A stretch of 64,000 nucleotides of DNA from Hyphochytrium catenoides (taxonomy: Eukaryota; Protista; Hyphochytriomycota). The stretch covers positions 1 through 64,000 of the forward strand of contig FLMG01004054.1 of assembly GCA_900088475.1 (NCBI GenBank). Direction: 5' to 3'. Below, piece by piece: positions 50,615 to 64,000 of the stretch. Within the stretch, counting starts at the first letter, position 1; each line of letters opens with the position of its first letter. The position numbers and the translations under genes were made by a program. Below the pieces are notes generated by a model. That model ran no database searches. It had not been told where the DNA came from and saw nothing but the letters and a program-made list of their open reading frames with translations.

Positions 50615-51678
50615 ATGAGGTTCAGGGAGCCCTTCATGTACCAGGACCGATGGATACCAGTGAGAACTGCCATTGCCCTCATGGCCCTGCAATACTTGGT
50701 GAGGCAACAAGGATTTTCTTGAAGGAAAATTCATGTCTAAACCGCAACATCGCTCACAGGGTTTGCTTTCTGTCGCGGGCGGACTCGCGCCCGAGCTCTT
50801 GAGTCTTACCACAACGTTGTTTTATCATGTGAACTACATATTGATGATTTGGAGCTTCTACACTGTAGTCCGGACAGACCCAGGGACACTCTATGGTATT
50901 GAATGCTCATTGTTGGAAGGAGAAGAGGCGAAAGAAAGGAATGTTAGGATCTCCCACGAAAGTGAAACAAAACTTGCCTGTTTGGCTAAGATTGCGGAAG
51001 CACACCTCGGCCGAAAACCAACGTATTGCGAAGCCTGCCATGATGCCAAGCCACCTGGCTTCCATCATTGCTCAAAATGCGATGCCTGTATTTTTGGAAT
51101 GGATCATCATGTAAGTCTGTTCCCTTTACCTTGGTGAATTTGGGCCTCACTAACGCAAGCCATCGTTTCTGCAGTGCCCATGGGTATGTATTGGTCTTAC
51201 CTCTTCCTTTCGTCTGGGCTACAAGTCACCCAAGCTCCTTTGTCTGTAGGTAAACAACTGCATCGGCTGGTTCAACAAGAAGAGCTTTCTTCTGTTTCTG
51301 GCCTATGCAGCAACCAGCTGCTTGACTACTTCTTGGGTGTGCGCCCCACTACTAACGTCACTTCACGACGTTCAGAAAGGGTCAGCACAGAATGCCGGCG
51401 ATATGCGTCTTCTAACTCTCTTTGCCTGCTACTGGGCCCTTTGTTTTGTTATTGGCCTCGTACTGGCTCTCTATTTAGCCTTCCAACTGCGCCTACTGAG
51501 CAAGGGCCAAACAACGCTTCAACTCCTAAGAAGTGGAAGAACAAAAAAGCATCGGGGTATAGGTTTCCCGTTGAGTCAAAAAGTGGCCGACGCCAATATT
51601 AGTGACGTCTTTGGAGACAATATTTTCATCGCCCTTCTTCCAATCAGCCAGCCCGTCTTGTTCGGCGCGAAACCTTAG
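50615..51678 (+). CDS. DHHC palmitoyl acyltransferase; exons ~50615-50698, ~50760-51110, 51175-51183, 51250-51678
   Basis: TDPG, CEAC...KPPGFHHCSKCDACIFGMDHH|CPW|VNNCIG..N.K.F, GQTT. 5' end uncertain. Confidence 0.9.
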
Positions 51679-51793
51679 GTGGAGTGTCTCTTAGGTTTAA
51701 TGTCAAGAGTAGCAGGCTGAGGGTGGCGGCATTGTCATTGTTATCGGTGACCGGATACTCTCACATCCATTTTACTCTTTATAACACTGAGTT

Positions 51794-53517
51794 TTATTTA
51801 TCTTTCTTCCTCTTCTCCTTTTTTCGGCGTTTTCTTTCTTGTTCCTTCTCGTCAAGGTAATGCTTTACCTGAAGGAGTCATGGTCACGAGGAAGTACCAT
51901 TTGTGGCGTAACAAGAACCAATCAAGGCAGACCACACAGAAAGTATTGAAGTAGAATAGAAATGCTTACCTCGTTGTATCTTTGTTCAAACCTAGCGGCT
52001 ATGTCTCCAGCCATGTTGTACACTGGCTCTCCGGGTCTATTAAAGGTGTGGGCATTCTTTACCATCAATCTTACATCAGCTGCGAAGCTCTCCAGGTCTT
52101 TATATTGACCAGCCGTCCATTTTTCCTACGCGTTGAAAGCAAGGCTCTTAAATGGGACAGAAGTAGCGAAGAGGACCACTCGGATAGAGTAAGCAAGGGG
52201 TGGCAGGGACTACAGCACAAGACCATGATGTTTGATGAAAGGAGACTAGGTGGCATGCGAACGAGAAGATTATTGATCAGGCAGCTCATCAGTGTGACTT
52301 TCTTCTACTTCTACCTTCATAGTCATGAGATCCATCGGAGTCTGGACGTATGTAAAGTAGTCCGGAACGCCGAGCTTCTTGCAATTCTGTCTCGTAATTT
52401 TCTGTGGGTTAATGCGTGAGCTATTGCTCAAGGCCCGGTGGGGAGCGTAATAAACTTCTTGCGTCACGCTGAACTTCCTGGGTCTCTCCCTCTCGGGTTC
52501 TAAAACGGTACCTGAGTAAAAGGATTCCCGTCATTTAACTGCCACTGCGGCCATTTCAGACCCAAGAGGTCAGACAAGAGCTGCAGAATTAGTTTCTGAA
52601 TCTCTTCAGCTCGTTCCTTGTCTCTTCTTTCCTTTTTCTGAAGGATGCCGCAGACGAGTCCGTTGGCTGTGGAGAAACTCCTAGGTCTCGTAAAACCAGG
52701 TTGATTGCTTACCCGCTTCTTTTTGTCTCTTTTTGCAGCGTCATCGTCCTCGGTGATCTTATTGCTGTGTAGAGTTACTGGGGCGGGGGTGGATACCCCA
52801 GATTGGTATGGTGGAGGTTCATTAGAAAGTGCGTCTCCTGACAGACAGCGTTAGAAGTGGTACAATGAGCTGTTGCCATCTCGGCCTTACCTGAGGCATC
52901 TGCCTTGAGCTTTATAACGGGAATGTGTGGCGTCACTTTAAGGGTGAAAGCAGCTTTGAGATCATTTTCGGAGAATGGTTCGATCGGTCGATCGAAGGGT
53001 TCAGACTTTAGCAGCTCCGCTAAGGCTATGCAGGAGCAGAAGAAGCAGTAAGGTCGGGTCAATCCACTCAAGAGCGACACAGAAGCATTTTTCTAAACTC
53101 ACAAGCCTTTCCTGGTTTCTCATCTTCTGGCATGCGAAGCTCTCGTACAAAATGGGCGTAAGTTCTTGGTAACGATGCCTACAAAGAAGAGAATGAGCTT
53201 TTGTTGGGAGACTCAAAATATGGCGCTCTTTACCTCTGATAACTGCTGGTAAGGTTCCTTCAACCCGTAATAGGAGAAAAGACCATCTTTTGAAACGAAG
53301 GCTGGGTCACTGGGGACTGCGAACGAGAACAACTGAGACCATTAGAGCTGATAGACTTCGTTGCATGGAGGGTTAACATACATTCGTTCGGATCTCGGCA
53401 TAAGTATAGTTCGCTTAGCGGCACTTCCTGCACGTCCTCCTCCATAAAATCGCCGTCTCTCCTAACTATCGTCTGTGGTCCATTGCTTTGCTCTGTTTTA
53501 CCGTCCGACTTTGACAT
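51794..53517 (-). CDS. MED19: Mediator subunit MED19-like protein fused to a bromodomain, about 9-10 exons
   Basis: LYLCRD...LFSYYGLKEPYQQL...LPRTYAHFVREL...SLAELLK...IEPFSENDLKAAFTL resembles MED19. A K/R-rich stretch follows, then LGVPDYFTYVQTPMDLMTMKEK...FAADVRLMVKNAHTFN.PG.PVY.MA...FE (bromodomain) and a Lys-rich tail. The bromodomain is secure; the MED19 call is from remembered alignments. Confidence 0.72.
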
Positions 53518-54337
53518 TTCGGACGCTCCCAAGCACGACCGAAGAAACGTTATGAGATGTGAGCAGGTATAGGTGAACCTCGGGAGACGATGGCCGAGGA
53601 TGGCCCAAGAGAGTTACGATGCGTCGCAAGATGGCATCCTTAAAGAGTCAATGATAGGACTTCATTCCTTGGTCTTTGCAAGAATAAGACAGGCAAGCAC
53701 GCCTGAGTACTGTTCAGTAGTTTGATGATCAGGAGCTCGTCCAGATTGTTGATCGGCGAGATAGTTTGAGCTTTTCAAGAGTGCTCTTCCAAGTCTAATT
53801 GTGGTGTGTGTCTTTCTTGATCGGCTGCATCTCCGTGCGAGCTGCAGCACCAAACTTCATTTTCTGCTATTTACTGTAAATGTGATTACCAATAACGCGA
53901 TATAAAATCATTTATCTGCAAACAACCATCACCTAACATTCGCGCAGTTCATAGTTCTTTCTTCGCTCCAGCTTCCAGCCCCATCATTCATCACTAGAGG
54001 ACCCTTTCAAATTCTCAGTGCCCCGTTGTTACTCATTGTCGTTTCTGTATTCTGACACTTTGCTGCATGCTGGAGTGGACGCTCTGCTTTGAACGGTGAT
54101 CATGTGGGAAGGTCACGGCGTCTTTGCCTCGCCATTGCCAGAGTTCCAGAATGGTCTGACTTGACAGTACGGGAGCCTAATACTAGTGTAAGTACCCGTG
54201 GGTTCGAGGACCGTAGCACTTCTTAGGAATAATGGAGTACAGTGGTTTTAGAGTTATTTATGAGCAAGCGATTACAAGCACTAGCTCTATGGTGCAGGAT
54301 TTACCAAAGAAAGGAAAGAGTCTCTAGTGCATTAGAT

Positions 54338-55708
<1,371 letters not shown>

Positions 55709-57971
55709 TCAGCAGAGACGTAATTCGGAGATTGGAATTGCAAAGCTGAGGGCGACTGGCGACGGGACGGCTGTCGGCAGAGCGGAAGAATGACAAATTA
55801 GCGCCAGCAGGACGGTTGCACTGAGCTTGAGGATGGGCTGGGTAGTAATAAAGCACAAATCAAATTTTGACTTGATTAATATATGTCGAGGGCGTAATAG
55901 TGGTGATTTTTGGGATGTTCCGCGCCGAAGGAAGGGAGGCCATAGTAGTAGCCGACCTCTCAAGGGGCACTCTCGTTCAGTAATAATATGCTACTATAGT
56001 TTAGTACAATGATTAATTATTAGTAATATGCGCGAGTGAGCAACTACATTCAGGCAGTAGTAGTGATATTGACGTAGTAATTTGGTTTGTATATAACAGC
56101 TTGAATGCATTTAACTCTATTAGAGCTTACAGTAATAGGCATGTGGTCGTTTGGGATACAACCTCCGCTACCATACCCATGCTAGCTAGGCCACCCCTCA
56201 AATGAACAGCTTGAATCATATACCGTGCCTGGGGAGTAACGTCACCACCCCTTCCTTGCCTTGCTAGCCAAACTGCTTCAGATTGATTTTGGGTAAGGCG
56301 GGAAGCTCATTTTAACAGTCCCCAAGACTCTTTGATAACCATCCACCCTATAGATAATAGGTGCGGTTACCTCCCACCCGCTCTCAGTTGTTCCTGAAGA
56401 TAAGGGCCACATGAGTGTGGGGCTGGGTAGGTGGTGGGTTTGATGTATATTTAGCACATACGAGAGAGAGAGGTTAGGAAAGTAACCGCTGTGTTGTAGG
56501 TGTTACAAGCCACTGGAGGGCTTCCACTGCTCATAAGAGACACCCTTGAAATGGATTAAAACGGGTTTACGCCGCTAACAATTGCATAGTTGCTATATCT
56601 CTTTCCTCGGTAGCAGATGGCATACCATTGAGGACTGCCATTAAACACCCAAAAAGTCATTTCGACTCCACCGGCTATTTCAAACATATGAAAAGAAAGA
56701 AAGTGACAGTTATTTTTCCCCCCGCCTTCGCGTGTTGGCGCGATAAGACGACAAGATCTTACATTAAGGGAATAGCTCAGGTAAGGCCCTCAAAGAAATT
56801 CAAACCTGGTCAAATCCCCCTCAATCGAGTCATTTCCCTTCTGAAGTACAAATTTAGCTCACATCTTCCCAAGCTTTCCGGCCTTTGGCGACTCCTGTCT
56901 TCTCAAGGATCCTCGTTTCTAATGAGAGTGTTGAGGGGAGTTATTTCTACTCTTCTACGTACTAACTTCCATGGTCACAAGAGCTCCTCACTCCTCACTC
57001 TCATCACACTCTGCCACTCTTCCCATCTTCTCACCTTCTCACCTTCGTCTCCAGTCACATCAAGTGCTCCCATTCCTCTCATTATCCTCTTCTCCGTTCC
57101 CTATGGCATCGACAGAGTTCTCTCAGGATTGTTGCGGATTGTTGCGGTCACATCAGCTGTCACATCTCTTATCACTACCGTCGAGGCTTGGGATCCAGCA
57201 GGATACCAAGACCTCTACAGTAGTAGGTCCGAGACGTACAGCAAGCAGTAGCACGAACTATTGATTATAGTGACTGTGTGCTCAGCTGTTCCTATTCTAT
57301 AGAGGACGAGTCATAGCTGTCATGGATCATTGATTAGGCAGAGGGTTGATGAGTACTGCACTGGTATGATGTTGTCTGTAGAAGAGATCATAAAACTTTC
57401 CTGTGAAGTTGTGGTCGCACTGTGTCTGCGCACACCAATACACATCCAACTAGACACGTGTACAGTATGTGACAAGAGACCGTGTGTACTGCTTCTTATT
57501 TGTTGTTGGCAAGAGGGAGGGAGCGGAAAGAGCGACCAGCGTGACATGCAATGGGGCTTGCGGGTACATAGTAGTAGGTTTGCTCCCATTATACGATAGT
57601 AATAACACGGTCTGTTCTCCTTTGGAACTGCTGTGTGGACCAGGAGTTGGGCCTAGGAGTTCACTTTACGTACTCATGCAGAAAACAGCAGCATTACACT
57701 TCTGTGCACCAGACAGATGTTAAAGGTGGGTCAACTTGAAGAGCAATACCCTCTGCTGCAAAGGCAGCAAGATGGTCGGCAATCCTATCTCTCTGCTGCT
57801 GCTGCTTCATTGCCCCCGCACCCCCAGGAGACGCTAACAGATTTAGTGGAGGAGGACTGCTTTAGAAGCAGAGAGGGAATCAGGCAACGGGCTGAAACGT
57901 GGACTAGGACCCGGAAAACTGATTATTACTATACTACAGTTCTAGGTTATACTAAGTAAGTTTGCGAAGGA

Positions 57972-58730
57972 AAGTGGGCTATCTTGTTCTGAGGAGAGCT
58001 CTTGAGGAAACTCGTCGTCTACTACGTACTGTAAGAAGAAGATGTAGACCCTAATGATGAAGGATGATAATAATTCGTGATCATCAAATAAAGCTGGCCC
58101 CAAGGATACCAGATGGGGAGGGTATATAATAGTGGCCTACTTGCTAAACAACCAGTTGCTGGGGAGAGAGAGAAGGGAACGGGTTTGGAGCAGTGTGGGG
58201 AGTAAGAGCAACCAAGAACGGTGTATACAACCACCTAGATTAGTTTTATTGTTGGATCGCACTTACTGGCAAAATAAAAGAGTAGTGCTGTTATTATTCG
58301 TAGTTGGGCCGGAAGAAGGAAACCAGTCGCCAAAAGTTGATGATGATGAAGTGGGCTATCTTGTTCTGAGGAGAGCTCTTGAGGGACTCGTCGTCTACTA
58401 CGTACTGTAAGAAGATGATGTAGACCCTCCTAATGATGAAGGATGATAATAATTTGTGATCATCAAATAATGCTGGCCCCAAGGATACCAGATGGGGAGG
58501 ATATAATAATAGTGGCCTACTTGCTAAACAACCTAGTTGCTGGGGAGAGAGAGAATGGAACGGATTTGGAGCAGAGTGGAGAGTAAGAGCAACCAAGAAC
58601 GGTGTATACAACCACCTAGATTTTATTATTGTATCGCACTTTACTGGTGGCAAAGTAAAAAGAGTAGTGCTGTTATTATTCGTAGGTGGGCCGGAAGGAA
58701 ACCAGTAGCCAAAAGTTGATGATGATGAAG
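57972..58730. repeat. Two-copy ~377-bp tandem duplication (57972-58348 and 58349-58730)
   Basis: Both units run aagtgggctatcttgttctgaggagagctc ... caaaagttgatgatgatg, with scattered substitutions and small indels. Confidence 0.93.
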
Positions 58731-59997
58731 AAGGCCAGGAGAGACTACTTTAAAGATGGCCACGAGGGCTATGTTATCGCTTCAAGATAATAAGCCTCCT
58801 CCTGGCGGGTGAGGTTCACCGGCGCAGAAGATAGTTCTTCTAGTGGTGGTCTGGAAAATCAGCGTAGATACTGCGCTCCAACCTTTAGAAGAAGTAAGAT
58901 TGACTAAAGTAAGCTACTCTAACAATAAAACTAGAAAATTACCACCCCCACCAAATCTTCTTCCTTCCACAAAATAGTAATAGATGTCGTACTACTCTTG
59001 GGGCATGAACTATCAACATTAATGGGCATCATCACCCCTATTCTACATCATCATCATCATAATCTCATAGTCTCTACTGAGGTAGAAGGAAGTAAACATA
59101 CTGAAGATGCTCCTCATCTGTAGGGCGTTGAAGTAGTATATAAAGGAAGCAGGGTAAACGAGAGGAGCAAAGGACCATCACACCTCCAACACTTGCCGCC
59201 GCACTCACCTCATACAGCAACTAGAGGAGAACAACTCATGTACTATATATACGTACACGTACGACAAACACTTACTTTCAGGTCCTTCATTGGAGTTCTA
59301 GCGGACTCGTACATCTCGTACAAGTACAAGGGTTATTATACAGGCTACAGGACGACAGTACATGTACAAGTTCCAAACAAAGGACACACTACGATACTAA
59401 CTTTGCGGGGTTGGGAAGGCTGCATTTCGCTCCCGAAAGTAATTCCTCTGACATGACTAAGATGCTAAGATGGGACCGCAGACTCTACTCTGTCCAACCT
59501 CCTATTTTCGGCACCCTCCCTAAGTTGGGTAACCTCGACTACAAACAACAGACATATTCAACAGTAGAATCCGTAGTTCGGTCGGTCGTATGTTGGGGAT
59601 GTGAAGAAGAAGCGGCCAAATCGCCCTTGTGTTCGTAGGTCGTGCCGCTTTCTGTGGACTTATAATGCCGCCTTTGTCGGCTGTTTCACCCATACAGAGA
59701 ATGCAGTTATTTTTTATTGCGTCTCCATTATTAGGTCTGTCTCGTATCAGAACATATTGGAGACGCAATGCCTGCTAGCGATGTGCTCGTATAAAGCTGC
59801 ACAAGTGAAGCTCTACCTGTAAGTTGTCCATCTGTGAGAAGTCTGCTTCCAGTCGCAGCAGTCCTCTCCACACCGTCTTTGAAGGAAGCCAAACATGTGG
59901 TCGGTGGGACTGATCAGGCCCCTACCTAGGTGGCTGTGCGGGGCTTCACCGAGTTCTTGGTGCTTTACACACTTCGTCAGGACCTATTGTTGAAAAA

Positions 59998-62900
59998 ATG
60001 GCTAGCCCTGTGGAGGGAGAGAGGGATGTGAGGTTTCAGGAACCCGAAGAAGGGAGGCCTTCGGGACAGGAGGACAACGGGCAGAGAGCCAAGAAGGGCC
60101 CCGGAATGCGGTCCATGCGCTATGACGACACTCCCTTAAAGTATGTTTTGGTATTGTTCACGTTTCCTGTGTGCATATGATGCGGAGTCTGACGTGCTAT
60201 TGCAGTGAAGGAACAACTCCTATAACAACGCATTGGGTTGGCTACTTGAAAAACTTCGGAGTGTACCGAACAAGGAAAGACCTGCGGCTGCTAATCATTG
60301 TGCAGTGGGGATTTACTTGTTTTGCGATATTCCCGGTCATTCTAGGGGTGTTTCTCTTTGCTGTCATCCCTATGATGCTAACGGTAAGAGAGCGACTGTT
60401 TGTTCCCTTGGCGCAGCTAACATCGACACATCTAGCTCTTTGCTTGCCTCTTCGGCTGGTATGGATCAAGCTATCTAATTGTCAAGCCCCTCATGTGGTA
60501 CTGCTTCTTGTCCTTCTTAAGGTAAGGCTCTAACGCACAGAGTCGGTGCTTTTGGGTTGTTAGTTTTGTCAACCTCAGTTGATACTTCTGACGCGACAAG
60601 CTAGTATGTCTCTCAACTGTCAACAATGACGCACGTGAATAGTGTTCTTATTTATTCTCGCCTTGGCCAACCGTGGTCGTGTCTGTCTTCTACCGTCTGT
60701 TTTTTGTGTGCCTCTTGTGCTGTTCACCCACTCATCTTCGAATGCGCTTCTTATCGCTGCAATATGCCCCCAGTAATGTGGTCAGCATCACGTTCTTCGG
60801 TGTGGGACTTTATCATTATACTGGTGATGACAGCACAGACTCGACCGCCTATATTATGCTAGGTGAGTTTTCCCCTTACTCCCGTTATCTTCAAGAAGAT
60901 TGACAATCTCTCTTATGCAAGTGTTTTCGACGGTCGTTGTCATCGTGACAGCCTTCGGGGGCATTGTCTTTGCCCTCCATTTGCGAGCGCATATTATAGA
61001 TCTTATGACCGAGTCGGGCTATGTGAGAGCCATGCGAGTAGAGACGGACCACATCCAATTAGAGGCAAGGAAGCGCAAGAGGAGAGGTAAGATGTATAAA
61101 AGCATATCACACCCTGCCCTTAGCCCTGCTTATCAAAGCACCACTTGCTCAATTACCTCAGGTGAGATATCGAGCGGTATGAGAAGTATTAGCATTGGTG
61201 CCGATGCAGAAATTATCCAAACCATGCATCAATCCCAAGATGAAGCTTTGGCTGCAGCGTTGACGGAAGAGCCACCGAAGACACAGAAGCGTCCCTGGCA
61301 GTTCTGGAGACCGCCTCCACCGGACCCGAGTAAACCACAACGATCCAACTTTATGACAAACTCGGTCATTACGTCAAAATACACTCCTTTGACGTTCATC
61401 TTTATTTTCTTGAGGGACCAGTTTAGTAGGGTTGCCAACCTGTACACCCTCATCATCGTCGTACTTTGTTTCTTTTCTTTTTCTCCGGTATCACCTTCGG
61501 CGGCATTAGCCCCGCTTCTTATCGTTATGGTGACGGCGGCAATCAAAGAAATTGCGGAGGACCTAAAGCGAAAGAAAGCTGATCGGCAGTTGAACGATCG
61601 GCCCGTCTCAGTTTCTGACCAGGACACAGAGGCTCTTTCCGAGAAAACATGGGACAAAGTCGCTGTAGGTGATGTCGTCATTCTCAGATCTGGGAATATT
61701 GTTCCTGCAGATTGTCTTGTCATCTCTACCTCGAGAGGGGATGGAAGGTGCCACATAGAGACGGCCAGTTTGGATGGAGAAACCAACCTCAAGCTTAAAA
61801 TGGCTCCAAAGTTCACCAGGAATATTAGGTCATCAAAGGAGATCCACCAGCAGTACACTTTGTCTTTACTTTGTGAGCCTCCGTCGGCCAACCTCTTTGA
61901 ATTCGATGGCACTCTTTTTGGCTACAGAGGGGAGTTGGCTCAGGACGACTCAAAAGGAACAGGCTGGCAGCTAGAGAAGGAGGAACAGGGAGGAAGCCAG
62001 GAAGAAGGAGATAGCGGTGCAGAGGACTCTGCGGAGGACGTCGTTCGCACGATCTCAATCAACCAAGATAATATGCTCTGGAGGGGGACAGTTATACGGA
62101 ACACTAAGTGGGTCATCGGATTGGTGGCATACACAGGCAAAGAGTCAAGAATAGAACAGAACTCTGTTACCAAGAAGAGCACCAAGAAAACGAAAACAGA
62201 ATTGCTGCTCAACGGTATGCTGGTTATTCTCCTTGTCGTTCTCTTCTCTCTGGCTGTGCTCTGCACCCTGCGCAGGAGCGACTTTGTCCTGGTGGAAACG
62301 GACTCCATAGCCAGTGGGCGGACACCGGAGGGCGTCTGGTACTTAGGAGGAGGAAAATCCTATCAAGAATTCACCTTTATTTCCTACGTCATCCTTTTCA
62401 ATAGCATGATTCCCCTCTCACTTTACGTGACGATGGAGGCGGTGCGCTTTGTCCATGCCAGCTACATAGACAATGACCTCCTGATGTTCGATGAGGCTTC
62501 TCAAACGCCTGCTCAAGCCAGAAATAGTAACATCAACGAGGACTTGGGGCAGGTTCAGTATATATTCTCTGATAAGACTGGGACCCTCACCTGCAACGAA
62601 ATGCTCTTTGCAAAGTGTACTATAGCCGGTAAGGGATATAGCTGCTACTGTCTTCTCTTCGCCTAAGAGCCCGGGTGGCACTGGTTGTCTGTAGCACGAG
62701 TCAATTCTAAACCGTTACTCTTGATCGCTCAATTTTCTAGCTGATACTCTTCGGGATTTGCCTTACATTACCTGCGCCCCCAAAGCCATCATCTTCCGCT
62801 CTTCTTTGTGCACCATCTTTGACAATGGCCCTCTTACCACCTGTGCTTCTCCATGGCCAGGTCTGCGATACGGAGATGCGGAGACCGATGTACCTCCAAG

Positions 62901-64000
62901 GCCGGGTACTCGCTTTTACGATACACGATTGCTATCTCGCTTGGAAGAGGGCCATAAAAGTGCAAGAGACATCCATCTGTTTCTCCTTCTCCTTACGCTT
63001 TGCAATACTGTAGTGCCCGAGCACAGTAAAGGCGCTGAGGAGGATCTACCTACTTCCTACCAGGCAGCCTCACCTGACGAGCTATGCCTTGTACAAGCTG
63101 CCAGGGTAAGACAGAGGAGCCAACAGCGTCTTATTTATCTCGCTTTTTTATCTTTTCCCCTTGTCAACAGTCCTCCTTACATGGGCAGTCTCACGCTACT
63201 TCGTCTTAAAGCGCCATTCTTATCCATCCCTTATTTGTTTTGCTCCTTCTCCTTTAGGACTTAGACTACATTTTGTTGAATCGGAGTGGAAAGCGCGTAA
63301 GGATACGTGTTTTGGGTAAGTCTGTCGCAAGATCCGCCACTTTATGCTGAGGTCCCCACATCGATCTATTTTTTATCCCTTCTAAGCGTCAATATAACGC
63401 CCTAAGACACCTTCCTGTTCCTTTAGACGGTGGTGCTAACAAAATCTCTCATAGGCACGGAGCAGACATGGGAGGTCCTGAATGTGCTCGAATTTAGCAG
63501 TGATAGAAAACGAATGAGCGTCATTGTACAGAGCCCTGAAGGAAGGCTGCTGCTTTTTTGCAAGGGCGCAGATAGCGTCATCTTCCAAAGGCTCCATAGA
63601 GACTCCAGTCAAGCTGTCAAACAAGTTACCAAGGGTCACCTTTCTGACTATGCATGTGACGGTTTGAGGACGCTCTCTATGGCCTGGAAGGAGCTACAGC
63701 CAGCACACTACCATCAATGGAACGCCGAGTATCACGCCGCGTCCACTGCTTTGGCTCATCGAGCAGAGAAAGTGGCCGAGGTGTCGGAGAGAATGGAGAG
63801 GGAGCTTTACCTCATTGGGGCCTCTGCCATAGAAGACCGCTTGCAGGATGGAGTCGCTGACACCATAAGTTCACTGAGGGAGGCAGGCATTAAGTTCTGG
63901 ATTCTGACAGGTAACGCTGAAGGGCTTCATTGGGGCGCATGTATCAGTCAGAAATGCAGCTCGTTATCAGGGTAGTTCTAACTCATGTTTGGATTTCAGG
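59998..64000 (+). CDS. P4-type ATPase (phospholipid flippase) with an extra N-terminal multi-TM module; 3' end lies outside the window
   Basis: N.V.TSKYT..TF, QFSRVANLY, DGETNLK, IPLSLYV, NEDLGQVQYIFSDKTGTLT, YQAASPDE, FSSDRKRMS, KGAD, GLRTL, EDRLQDGV, W.LTG. Confidence 0.95.

Noticed and set aside
54201-54215. tRNA T-loop-like GGTTCGA
   Set aside because: No T-stem complement or cloverleaf.
56628-57251. 207-aa ORF in the tubulin upstream spacer
   Set aside because: Non-ATG start, S/L-rich translation of CT-rich DNA and no motifs.

Overview
Gene-dense eukaryotic nuclear DNA with short GT-AG introns. The organism is most likely a flagellated stramenopile close to oomycetes, inferred from the beta-tubulin sequence and an oomycete-type C-C-C-H protein family. 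Exons were spliced by hand, so boundaries are approximate unless stated. Recognisable genes: two paralogous putative CCCH zinc-finger regulators, an ALDH3/fatty aldehyde dehydrogenase, a FAXDC2-like hydroxylase, a MAPKBP1/WDR62 WD40 protein, an SLC35A nucleotide-sugar transporter (probable GC-AG intron), an RIIa-domain/guanylate kinase fusion, TMEM110/STIMATE, a DHHC palmitoyltransferase with its catalytic Cys on a 9-nt microexon, a MED19-like/bromodomain fusion, beta-tubulin and a partial P4-ATPase with an extra N-terminal multi-TM module. The most striking feature is a ~24-exon, ~2,200-aa minus-strand gene (28566-40471). It joins a degenerate ATP-grasp-like region, a split Cys4 site, a dynein microtubule-binding domain with no motor, an NDRG-like pseudo-hydrolase, six IQ motifs, a coiled coil, a SAM domain and ankyrin repeats. 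No tRNA, rRNA, CRISPR array or intact transposon was found.
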